Assembly (NCBI GenBank): GCA_043821645.1
Contig: JBDRCO010000134.1
Span: 60,170-124,169, forward strand
Direction of reading: 5' to 3'
DNA length: 64,000 nt
From: Pseudomonadota bacterium
Lineage (GTDB): Bacteria > Myxococcota > JACRCW01 > JAFGSX01
The position numbers and the translations under genes were made by a program. The first letter of the stretch is position 1; every line of letters starts with the position of its first letter. Shown here one piece after another: positions 16,199 to 26,200 of the stretch. The notes beneath the pieces are model-generated. The model did not search any database, was not told the DNA's origin, and worked only from the letters and a program-made list of their open reading frames with translations.

Positions 16199-18887
16199 AC
16201 CGTCGGGAGCGGTGCCAGGTACCCACCAGGAGGATCAGGAGCCATAGCCCGGATGCGGGGCGGCTCGCGGTGCAGTCACAACCCTCGGCGGCAGCGGGAT
16301 CCAGGGCGGCCCCGGGTTCTGCGAGCGGACGATTCCCCTTGGCAGTGGGCCAGCGCGGAGGGATGGCGCCCTGGCTCCAGTGTGCGACATTGCCTGCCTC
16401 GTCCAGGACCTCGACCTCGATGTGGTGAGTGCTCGGTGGAGCGCCGTCGAGCCTGATGGGATCGAGTCCAGTCTGGGAATGAACCCTCGTCCCATCCACC
16501 CGGACCTGGAGCCGCAGATCCTCGTCGGGGGTGACCCCGTCGTGGGCGACGACCTGAAGCAGGCGGCCCGCCCTGTCGAGGCTCACCTGCAGCGTCGGGG
16601 CCACGGGATCCACGATCACCTCGAGCACGGCCGGGCTGAGATCCAGGGTCGACGGTGCGCCCACGCGGCGTCCGCGCACCTCGATGCGGTGCCGGCCCAT
16701 CAGCTGCAGCAGGGGGTCGGTCACGTGCAGCACCTGCCCGCGGTGGAAGGGGCGCCAGAAGCCCCCGTCAACGCGGTGGCTGAACTCCAGGTCATCCCCG
16801 TCGTGATCGCGCGCACTCACGTCGAGTTCGAGCAGTGGCCCCTGCACGCCCTGCGGGCTGGAGACGTGAAAGGCCTCGGCCGCGGGTTGTTCGAAGCGGC
16901 GCACGCCGACCACGGTGTCGACGCTGTAGCGCAGGGGTGAGCCCACCTGCGCCGGGTCAAAGCGAAGGTTCGAGAAGATGCCCATGAACTCGAACACCGG
17001 GTTCCCCAGCGCGTCGACGACGGGAGTGCTGCCGTCCAGGCGCTGCTGCACTCCGCGAAGGGTCAGACCCTCGAGGGCGAAGCCCGCCAGGTCGGGCAGC
17101 GCGATGGTCTGGGTAAGGTCGGGGGCGAACTGGCCCAGCATGGCGCCAATGAGCGCGGGCACCGCGGCCTCGATGTCCTCGGGCGGATCGGTGAGCAACT
17201 CGCTGTTGAGCACCTGCACGTCCTGTATCCAGTCCTCGACGCCGCTGACCAGCACCAGCATGTTGCCCTGGCCGTCGTCGTCGAGGCCGATGCCGATGCG
17301 CAGGTTGGCGCGCATGGTCATGAAGCGCAGATAGCGGTCGTCGACCAGACCGTACAGGTCCAGGTCCAGGTCGTGGGCGTGCAAGGTCAACAGCGGCTTG
17401 TCGAGGATGGTGCGGTTGGGGTCCGAGGGATCCACGGCGGTGGTCCCCAGGCCGATGTCCGCGACGATGGGCGCGCGCGGCAAGATCTCGATGAGGGCGG
17501 GCTTGGCACCGCCCCGGGTGATGTTGCCCAGGGAGCTGGCCAGCAGCCCCAGGGCGCCGGTGTTGATGTACGATGACAGGCCCGAATCGATGCGCTGGCA
17601 AAAGGCGCCGGACTGCACCGCGCCGCGCGCCACCTGGTCGAGCATGCGGTCTGCCACCGCGATGCCGACCATGAAGGGCGTGTCTGCGCCGGTCTCGGGG
17701 TGCGGTACGCTGTTGCCGAAGTTCAGGCGCGGGGGCACCGGGAGCGGTGTATCCATGGGGGGGACGCACAGGCTGGCCTGCACATCCGTGCCGCCGCGCA
17801 TGCCCAGTTCGATACCCTCGGCCACGACCTCGGCGTAGCCTCCGGCAGCTATCGACACACCCACGGCTTCGGTGGCCTGGCCTGCGAAGGCGCCGAGCAT
17901 GCCGGCGAGATCCATCCCGCCCTCGACGCCCATGAGCGTGGGCACATAGCGACCGCCGGAGGCAAAGTGGCAGCGCTTGTCTCCGTCACAGGTGGTGGCC
18001 ACGGCGGCTGTGCACTGGGCCGGTGGATCGCAGCTCTCGACCATGGCGTCGGTCATGGCGCCGGTGAGTGAGCTGTTGAGCTGATCGCGCAGGCTGTCCT
18101 CGAACAGGGGGAACAGCAGGGGCATGAGCAGCTCGGCCGCACCGCAGCCCAGCCAGCTCCCGATGCCGCCCGAACTCTTGATCTCGAGGTCGCTTTCCGA
18201 AAAGGGGATATCGGGATCGCCAAACTCCAGCTCCAGGCGCTGCAGCGGGTTGTCCGTTCGCATGTTCAGGTCCATCGCCATAGCGCGCTGCTTGCGCAGG
18301 ATCTGCACGTCGCAGTCCGGAGCCGGGCTGAGGCAGCACCACGGACGACCCCAGCTGCAGTCGTCCTCGAGCACCAGGGGGAGCCAGGTCGAGTAGGCCT
18401 CGGTCTGCACGGTCACATCGATGGTCGCTGGCGCCGTGGGAGCCAGGGCCACCGAAAGCAGGTGCACGTAGGCCCGGCACTGATCGCTCGACGGGTTCTC
18501 GCAGATCGCGACTTTTTTCCAGCAGCCGCTGTCGGTGACACTGGACGGAACCTTGAAGCCGAGCACCGGCTGGACCACGCCGTTCTGCTCGCAGTGGCTG
18601 CCGTCGATGCAGCTCATGCCGCTGGGACAGGGAAGATAATCGGGACTGCTCGAATCGCAGGGGAAGGACGCGAAGCTCTGGATGATGGCCGGCAGGTTGC
18701 TCTCCAGGAAGGCCACGCCCGAGGGGGTGAGCCTGACCTGAGCCGCGCCATTGAACTTGCGCGATTCGGGGAAGGGCTGATCCAGGGGAGCCAGGCAGCC
18801 CCCGCAATCGGTGGCGCCACAGGCGCCGAGGCCAAGCGCGAGGGTCAGCAGACCCAGGCGCCGGACGAGTCCAGCTTTCACCGTCAT
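16179..18887 (-). CDS. MYXO-CTERM surface protein with putative BPI/LBP (TULIP)-like lipid-binding domains
   Basis: N-terminal signal with Cys motif (GACGATDCGGC); AAQVRLTPSGVAFL and MVGIAVADRMLDQV...QSGAF resemble BPI N- and C-domain motifs; C-terminal GCDC...LWLLILLVG...RRFRAARR sorting signal. Confidence 0.62.
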   Translation of the reverse strand: MTVKAGLVRRLGLLTLALGLGACGATDCGGCLAPLDQPFPESRKFNGAAQVRLTPSGVAFLESNLPAIIQSFASFPCDSSSPDYLPCPSGMSCIDGSHCEQNGVVQPVLGFKVPSSVTDSGCWKKVAICENPSSDQCRAYVHLLSVALAPTAPATIDVTVQTEAYSTWLPLVLEDDCSWGRPWCCLSPAPDCDVQILRKQRAMAMDLNMRTDNPLQRLELEFGDPDIPFSESDLEIKSSGGIGSWLGCGAAELLMPLLFPLFEDSLRDQLNSSLTGAMTDAMVESCDPPAQCTAAVATTCDGDKRCHFASGGRYVPTLMGVEGGMDLAGMLGAFAGQATEAVGVSIAAGGYAEVVAEGIELGMRGGTDVQASLCVPPMDTPLPVPPRLNFGNSVPHPETGADTPFMVGIAVADRMLDQVARGAVQSGAFCQRIDSGLSSYINTGALGLLASSLGNITRGGAKPALIEILPRAPIVADIGLGTTAVDPSDPNRTILDKPLLTLHAHDLDLDLYGLVDDRYLRFMTMRANLRIGIGLDDDGQGNMLVLVSGVEDWIQDVQVLNSELLTDPPEDIEAAVPALIGAMLGQFAPDLTQTIALPDLAGFALEGLTLRGVQQRLDGSTPVVDALGNPVFEFMGIFSNLRFDPAQVGSPLRYSVDTVVGVRRFEQPAAEAFHVSSPQGVQGPLLELDVSARDHDGDDLEFSHRVDGGFWRPFHRGQVLHVTDPLLQLMGRHRIEVRGRRVGAPSTLDLSPAVLEVIVDPVAPTLQVSLDRAGRLLQVVAHDGVTPDEDLRLQVRVDGTRVHSQTGLDPIRLDGAPPSTHHIEVEVLDEAGNVAHWSQGAIPPRWPTAKGNRPLAEPGAALDPAAAEGCDCTASRPASGLWLLILLVGTWHRSRRFRAARR

Positions 18888-19017
18888 GCGCCACTCCAAG
18901 GCAGCGGACGTCGACTCCCGAGCACCGGCGGCACACGCAGGTGCCGCGAGCGCCAGAACCCGCCCGTCCTCACATCACCCAGAAGGTACCACAGCCGAGC
19001 GCCGGGCGCTCCATGGC

Positions 19018-21396
19018 TCATGGGAACGCGGGCATGTTGGGGTAGGTGCTGGTCTGAACGAGGTCCAGGCCGCCGGGATAGGCATAGCTGACGTAGTCGT
19101 CATAGCCATAGTTGAAGATGCCGAAGCGCTCGCCCCGGGCCTGCGGGTTGGCGGTGAGCACCGAGCTCATGGTGTGGGCGCCCCGGGCCAGGCGCAGGGT
19201 CATGCGCATGTAGCTGGTGCCCGCAATGGCCACCGGGGCCTCGGCCAGGCAGTTGGTATTGGCTCCGGCCACGCAGGCGATGCCAGGCACCGTGGCGGCA
19301 CCGTCGAGGAGGATGCTGCTGTTGGTGTTGTAGACCACGGTGACGTAGTCCACGTAGTAGGTGTCCGGCGTCAAGAACGAGTAGTCGTAGCGGTACTGCT
19401 CGACGGGGATGAGCTGTGACAGCGCGGGATCTCCGGCGTGGGAGCCGTAGGAGTTGAGACCCGTGGCCTCCTGACCGGCGAAGATCGCGCCGACCAGGAT
19501 GGGCGCCTGGGCCATGATGCGAAAGCTGTCCTTGGAGCCGAACTCGCAGTAGCCACCCTCGTTGAGGATGAAGGACCCGTCGCTGGCCATGGGGCAGGTC
19601 GGGGTGCTGGCGGCGTGCGCTGCGGCCACATCACCGGGCTTGGGGAGCACCTGGATGCGGTTGGTCGCCGCCGAGGAGACGAAGCGATAGTACATGCGCT
19701 CCTGGTTGGTGGCGCCGGTGGCCGTGTTGCGCATCTTGGGCATGGCGCCGATGTACTCGGTGCCCCAGGTCTCGATGGGCAGGAGCATCTCCTCCATGTG
19801 GTCGCAGGCCTCTTTCTTTTCCGGGATGTAGGCACACTCGTGCAGGCCGAACACACCGATGGGCTTGTCCGCGGCGACCAGCACGCCCGTGGGATCCGGT
19901 GCCGAGGTCTTGTACGCGGTCATCAGCTGGAACACCTGGTTGGCGTTGAGGGTCAGGCGCAGCTCCTCGGGGTAGCTGCTGTCGTTGCCGAAGTTGGGCA
20001 GGCCGTTCTCGATCTTGAAGTCGTTGGACGCCTGGCCCGGACGCTTGCGCACGGCGATGCGGGTGCCGTCCTCGGCCGCGACCACGGCGAGACCGGCGGG
20101 AGCGGATGCCGCTTCATTCTGCTGCATGCCGAGGAAACCTGCCGACCAGGTACGGTGGGGGCCCGAGACCACGAAGTAGGCCTGGCGCCACGCCGTGGTG
20201 GGGATCAGCAGTGACGCGTCATTGGTGTAGGCGAAGTTGCAGCAGATGGGATTGAACAGGTAGGCACTCACCGGCAGCGACGCCACCAGGTGATAGCTCT
20301 TGTCGAACACGCCGGAGCCGTGGGCGATGTCGTTGGGCAGCAGCAAGGTGGCGATGCCACCGGCGGGCAAGGTGAGGTCCGCCGCACTCTGGCTGTCGAC
20401 GTTGGTCGCATTGCTTCCCACCGAGATCTTGGAGTGGACGTCCTGCGGTGTTCCGGATCCTCCTGGCGCGCGGTCGGTGACGTGGCGCATGGGGGGGAGC
20501 GTCAGGGCGTTGCCGGAGGGACCGCTAAGGGTCAGGTGCACATCCTGGTCACTGGTGTTGGCCACCACGACGGCTGCGGGGAAGGGGTCCGAGCCGGCCC
20601 CGAGATCGCTGTCGATGTTGTTGTCGGTGATGGCGAAGCGGTAGTCGCAGGCGATGTAGCTCTTGGTCACGGCGGCGAGGTCGCAGGCCGTGGCGCACAG
20701 CGCGCCGTCGGCGTGGGTGCTGTCGGTGACGCAGACCGCGCCCTGAGCTGTGTTGCAGTCCACGGGGTTGCTCGCAGCCGTGCCATAGGTGCCGCAGTCC
20801 GCGATGGTGTCGCTGTCGACGCAGAACTTGCGGCCCTCGGTGCAGACCACCTGCTGGCATGCGTCGCCCACGCAGACCTGGTCGGTGCGGCACTGGTCGT
20901 CGAAGATGGCGGTACCCGCGGGCGAGCAGCGGCGCACCTGGCGCGTGCCCTCGCTGATGCACTCGGTGACCGCGCCGGGCGTGCAGATCTGGGGCACGCA
21001 CTCGCCGACGCCGGTGCAACCCGTGCCTGAGCCGCACGGATCGGAGCTGTAGTCCAGACCGGTCGCTGAGCACAGCTTGCGCTCACCGTCGCCACCACAG
21101 AAGTGGCTCAAAGGTACGCAGATGGTCGGCGCGCAGGTGCCGGACATGCAGGCGGTGCCACCCGGGCAGGGCTCGTCCATCTTGGCCGTGCCGTTGCCGT
21201 TGCAGGTCGACAGGGTGCTGGCGTCGAGGCACGAGGTCGCGAAGGGGGTGCAGATCTGGTCCTTGCACTCACCGCCGAGACAGACCTGGGTGTCGCTGCA
21301 CTTGCCTCCGCAGGCGTCCACCGGTTGTGGTGGCTCTGTCGGCTGGCAGGCCAGCAGCGCTGCACAAACAGTCAGGCAACCCATCCACCTCATCAT
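19018..21396 (-). CDS. Cys-rich lipoprotein with IgGFc-binding N-terminal-type domain
   Basis: GGAGG before ATG 21396; lipobox LLAC; Cys-rich repeats; KSYIACDY, TNDASLLIPTTAW, ADKPIGVF, CDHMEEMLLPIETWG, GDPAL, SYAYPGG. Confidence 0.82.
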   Translation of the reverse strand: MMRWMGCLTVCAALLACQPTEPPQPVDACGGKCSDTQVCLGGECKDQICTPFATSCLDASTLSTCNGNGTAKMDEPCPGGTACMSGTCAPTICVPLSHFCGGDGERKLCSATGLDYSSDPCGSGTGCTGVGECVPQICTPGAVTECISEGTRQVRRCSPAGTAIFDDQCRTDQVCVGDACQQVVCTEGRKFCVDSDTIADCGTYGTAASNPVDCNTAQGAVCVTDSTHADGALCATACDLAAVTKSYIACDYRFAITDNNIDSDLGAGSDPFPAAVVVANTSDQDVHLTLSGPSGNALTLPPMRHVTDRAPGGSGTPQDVHSKISVGSNATNVDSQSAADLTLPAGGIATLLLPNDIAHGSGVFDKSYHLVASLPVSAYLFNPICCNFAYTNDASLLIPTTAWRQAYFVVSGPHRTWSAGFLGMQQNEAASAPAGLAVVAAEDGTRIAVRKRPGQASNDFKIENGLPNFGNDSSYPEELRLTLNANQVFQLMTAYKTSAPDPTGVLVAADKPIGVFGLHECAYIPEKKEACDHMEEMLLPIETWGTEYIGAMPKMRNTATGATNQERMYYRFVSSAATNRIQVLPKPGDVAAAHAASTPTCPMASDGSFILNEGGYCEFGSKDSFRIMAQAPILVGAIFAGQEATGLNSYGSHAGDPALSQLIPVEQYRYDYSFLTPDTYYVDYVTVVYNTNSSILLDGAATVPGIACVAGANTNCLAEAPVAIAGTSYMRMTLRLARGAHTMSSVLTANPQARGERFGIFNYGYDDYVSYAYPGGLDLVQTSTYPNMPAFP

Positions 21397-21484
21397 GATC
21401 GACCTCCACGCATGTCCGGGGCGCGAGCCTAGCACAGGGCTTGCGGGTGCGTCTGCAAGGCTCGGGGGTGGGGTGGGAGCAGGG

Positions 21485-23210
21485 CTAAAAGCGCACACAG
21501 CCTTCCATGGTCGCGCTCGCGCTGGCCCCGTAGCCCAGGTCGCCCTTGCCACTGAGTGCGCCCTTGACCATGTCGACCACGTCCATGCCGGCCTGGTAGG
21601 CGTCCATGGGCGAGTCGGTCTCGAACTCGCCACCTTCCCAGCGCCCGGTGTTGGGGTTGTAGCGGTTCTCGATGTCGTAGCCGATGCCACCAGGAACATC
21701 GATGCCGCCCGACGAGCTGATGCCCGTGCAGCGCGACACGCGGAACTCGCCGTCGACCCCGTAACCCATGATCTCCAGGCCGCCCTCGGCCTTGACCGAG
21801 AAGTCGTTGCTCTCGCGGATGTCGCCAAAGGGGTCGAAGTCGAACCCATTGCCAACCCCCACACCCAGCTCGGCGCAGGCGGACAGGCCGTCCTCGTCCA
21901 CGCATAGCTCGCCACCGCCGCCGACCACGGCAAAGAAGCTCCCGCCGACGCAGAACAAGCCCGTGGGGTCGGCGTGGCCCACGGGGTCGCTGCCTGCGTA
22001 GGCGTAGAGGTGGTACTGGCCGCCGTTGAACAACTTGAGATCGGTGGAGGTGAAGCGGCCGGCCTCGGGGTCGTAGTCGCGCAGGCCCAGGCGCGTGAGG
22101 CCGGTCAGCGTGTCCTCGAGGCCGCCGCCGAAGCCCAGCACCACGTCCAGGGCCGGAGCGCTGTCCGCGAGCAGGCGGCCAAAGCTGTCGCGGTCCACGC
22201 GCTTGACGAGCGCGCCGCTTGCGTCGAACACCGCGCGCACCGTGCCGACCTGGTCCGTGGCCAGGTAGTAGCGGGTGGCGCCGCGATCCATGGCCAGGGC
22301 AGCGCTCATGTCATCGTAGGTGTAGATCTGCAGGGTGTCGTCGGCCAGGCGCACGGCCAGCGGTCGCCACCAGGCGCCCGGCGTACCGTACAGCACCTGG
22401 ACATCACCCGCAGCGTCGTGCCGGGAGACCCGGCGGCCCGCGCCGTCGTAACCGTAGTCCACGCTGTCGCTGCCCACCGTGGCCTCGAGCAGCTCACCGC
22501 GCACCCCGTACACGAAGCTGTCGCTGCCGCGCAGGGCCAGCTGCCCGTCGTCGTCGAGGGTGTAGTCCGCGCCTCCGACCATGGCGATGCGATCGCGCAG
22601 GTCATAGCTGCTGGTCTCGGCGCTGGCGCCGTCGTAGGCGCGCGAGGTGCGATTGCCGCGCGCGTCGTAGGTGTAGGTCTCGACCACGACGCTGTCGCGC
22701 GTCACCTGGACCAGGTGATCGAACTCGTCGTAGGCGTAGCTCCAGGTTGTGGTCACGCCGTCGAGCAGCTCGATCCGCTCGACCACGCGGTCCAGCAGGT
22801 CCAGCGTCAGGTCCAGCTGGTAGCGCACCACGCTGCCCACGCTCAGGCTCTTGTGCACCAGCCGGCCGTACTCGTCGCGCCCCAGCACCAGCTCGGCCGC
22901 GGCGTCGTGCATGGCCGAGGCTGAACCCAGGGGCCCATCCCGCGCGATGGTCCAGTCGCCGTAACCGACGACGTGCAGCGCCGCATCGTAGGCCAGGCCC
23001 CAGTGCGCGCTGTCGCTGCCGCTGGTCAGATCCATGGCGCTGGGAAGCATGAGCGTGTCGTAGCTCAGGTCGAGGCGACCCTGGGCGGCGCCGCGGCTCT
23101 CGATGGCCGTTGGCAGCCCGCCATCGCTGAAGTGCACCAGCGTGTGCGAGACGTCGCTGACCAGCGAGCGGAAGCTGATGGAGGAGGTCCCTCCGCAGCA
23201 CGCTGCATCA
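21485..23210 (-). CDS. C-terminal part of teneurin-like RHS/YD protein (RHS core plus 156-aa C-terminal domain), separated from the upstream part by a +1 frameshift
   Basis: YD repeats (YAYDEFDHL, YTYDARGNR, YGYDGAGRR), TDQVGTVR, RDYDPEAGRFTSTD, LYAYAGSDPVGHADPTGL; the frame is open back to about 23210. Confidence 0.88.
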
Positions 23211-26200
23211 CCCCTCGAGGCGCTGCTCGGTTTCGGGGCTGTCCAGGCCCGTCAGGTTGCCGCTGGCATCGCGCAGATACGAGATCACCCGGCCCGAGGG
23301 CAGGGTAACCGTGTGCAGCCGACCGCTCTGGTACTGCCGCGTCTCGCTGGCCCCCAGCGGCGCGTCGAAGCTGGCACGGCGACCCATGGGGGTGACGCCG
23401 AACTGGTAGCTCGCAGCACCGGGCAGGGTGACGCCGGTGCGGCGGCCCAGGCCGTCGTGGGCAAAGCCAACGCTGTATCCCGACGGGCTGTCGGTGATCT
23501 GGTCGACCTGGCCAGCCTCATTGCGGCCGAGGCTGCGCGTGCGCCCTCCCGGCCCGGAGATGCTGCTGAGCTGCCCGCCAAGGTCGTAGCTGCGCGCGTG
23601 GACCTTGTCGCCCCAGGTGCTGCTCTGGCGCTGGCCGCTCTGCTCGCGCGCGAACAGCAGGGTCGCCAGGCCGTCGATGTCCACGCTCTCGGGCCGGCTG
23701 TCCAGGCCTCGCACGATCTGCGTCGCCCGGCCGTCGGCCGCGGTGAAGGTCAGGGTGCGCGTGGCCGCGACATACTCCGACGTCGAGGTCGAGGTCCCGC
23801 TCTGATAGGTCTCGCTGCGGCTGAGCAGCGCGCCGGTGCCGGGATCCACGACCGCCGTGCGCTGGGTGGTCAGGGTCATGCTGCGGCCGCCCGGCGTGGT
23901 CACGGTGAGCTGGCGCGGGAACAGCGCGTGCGCGCCGAGCAGGGGATCCGCGTCCAGCAGCAGGTCCACGCGGCTGCCGTCGGCCTCGCTGCGCTGCTCT
24001 TCGAGGCCCTGGGTCAGCACACTCAGCACGAGCTGCCCGTCGTCCAGGCGGGTGTAGCGTCGGCCCTCGTCGGCCAGGAACTCGATGCGGTGCTCGGTCT
24101 GACGCGGGCCCGGGCCGCTGATTGTCAGCAGTTTTTCGGCGGCGTCCTCGACCAGCGTGTAGCTGACGGAGCTGCCATCGGGCAGGGTCTGCGCGATGAG
24201 TGCGCCCCTGCCGTCGTAGGCGTAGCCGTGCACACTGCCGTCGGGGTAGATGGCCTGCTGCACCAGCCCGCCGTCGTCATAGCTGAACGCATAGCTGCGA
24301 CTTCCGGGCAGTGTGATCTGCGACAGGTAGCCGTTGGGGTCGAGCGCCAGCTCGGTGCGCTGGCCGCCTGGTGCAACAAAAGCCGTGGCGTTGCCTGCGC
24401 CGTCGCGCTCGATGTCAGTCCTCCCGCCGTCCATGTCGTCGATGTGGACCAGCCGTCCCTCGCTGTCGTAACTGAAACTGAGCAGGGTCTGACCACTGAT
24501 CGCGTCGACGGTGCGCAGGTGGCGACCGCGGGCCTCGTCGAACACGTGATAGCGCGAACCGTCCGCGGATGGAGCGAGTGCCTCGTTGCTGCCAATCGCT
24601 GGCCCGCCGGGAACAGACTTCATGGCCGAGGGATCAGCCTGCAAACGGCGCACGACGCCGAAACCGATGTTGTACACGGCGCCGTCGGGCCCGGTGGTCA
24701 CGTTGTCGGGGCTTTGGAAGGTGACGAAGCGGGCCAGGGTGCCCTCGCTCGATGTCCCCGTGCCGTTGTTTCCCGAGAATACCGAGACCACTCCGCCCTT
24801 GAGCCTGCTGATGGCGTGGCCGGTGCCGTTGCCACCGTTGCCCTGGGTGAAGTAGATGGTCCCGTCGGGAGCGCAGGCGATAGCTTGGCTCAGCAGCAGT
24901 TGCGCCGAGAGCGCCGGAGTGGGGGTGGCCGTGAAACCGCTGCCCTGTCCGCCCGCGATGGTGTCGATGCTCCCGTCGGGCCTCAGACGCAGCATCCGGT
25001 AACCGGTGTCGTGGCCAGTGATGATGCTACCGTCCGGGCATACCGCCATTCCCCAGGCTCCGGTCGTGAGCCCGGTGCCCTTTGACCGAGTCGCTGCGGC
25101 GACGAAGGTCGAGGTGCCGTTTCCGGCGAAGTGGTGCAGGATGCCGTCTTTGTCGATCGAGAACATCTTGCGGTTCCCACCATCTTTGTAGATCAGCGTG
25201 CCTCCCGGGGTGATGGCCCACTTCGCCACGTTGATGTTCGCGCCATCCGCGACCGCGCCGTCGGCGACCGCATGGCCGCCAAACATGTTCTGCTTGAACA
25301 CCCGCCAGACCTTGCCCTGCGGGTCGAGCCGGTAGGCGTCGGATAGAATGCGGTAGAAGACGCTGCCGTCCGGGGCAGCCAGCAGGTGCGCTCCCTGGGT
25401 ACCCCCATTCAGCGTGTGCGCGTCCATTCCTTGCACGAAATTGGCGTACGAGATGTCTCCCTCGCCGCCGAGGATTTGCATCTCACCGTTGGCATCGATC
25501 TCGACGAACACGTACCGGGTCCCTCGGATGCCGAAGCTCTTGGAGACCATGGCAACGACCTTGCCATCCGGCCTCACCACGACGTTGGCCGACTTGAAGC
25601 CGCCGCAATACTCGTTGGGCCATTCACCGCAGGTGAAGTGGCGGACCCGCTGCTTGCCACCGGGCACCACGGGACGGGTCGTACCATGGCCCTCGTACAG
25701 GATGCCGCCCTCGGGCGCGAAGTGGTGCTGAACGTCCAGGTTCCACCCCCCCAGCCCCAGCGGTCGCTCGTCGGAGATGCCGTCGATGGCGACAGGAAAG
25801 GACGTGCGCAGGCCGGGCTGCTTCCACTTCGCGACCATTCCCTGACCTACGGGTGTGACCACCTCCCGGATCACGACGGAGTTGGCACTGAAGCTGTACT
25901 CCGTGTCCGTGGCGGGTTCCGCGAAGCTGGGGCTGTACCAGAAGGTCTTTGTCACGACAGCCGTCACCTGCCCGCTGACTGCGCGACCGTAAGCGTCATG
26001 CCCGTCCCAGGGCACCTCCACGACCAGCCCTGGCTGAGGTGCGTACAGGCCGTGCCATGTCCAGCCCAGGATATCGACGTCGATCTCGGCCTCGATGAGG
26101 TCCGGGTGCAGGTCGGCAGGGAAGACAGGGACGACCAGCGGGGTCCTGCGACCTGGCACACGGTCGGTGACGTAGCTCAGCGCGAACGGCGTGCCGGCGA

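Noticed and set aside
21397-21933. 179-codon N-terminal extension of the IgGFc-binding ORF overlapping the RHS C-terminus
   Set aside because: An SD and lipoprotein signal sit at 21396; the extension is low-information alternative-frame sequence.
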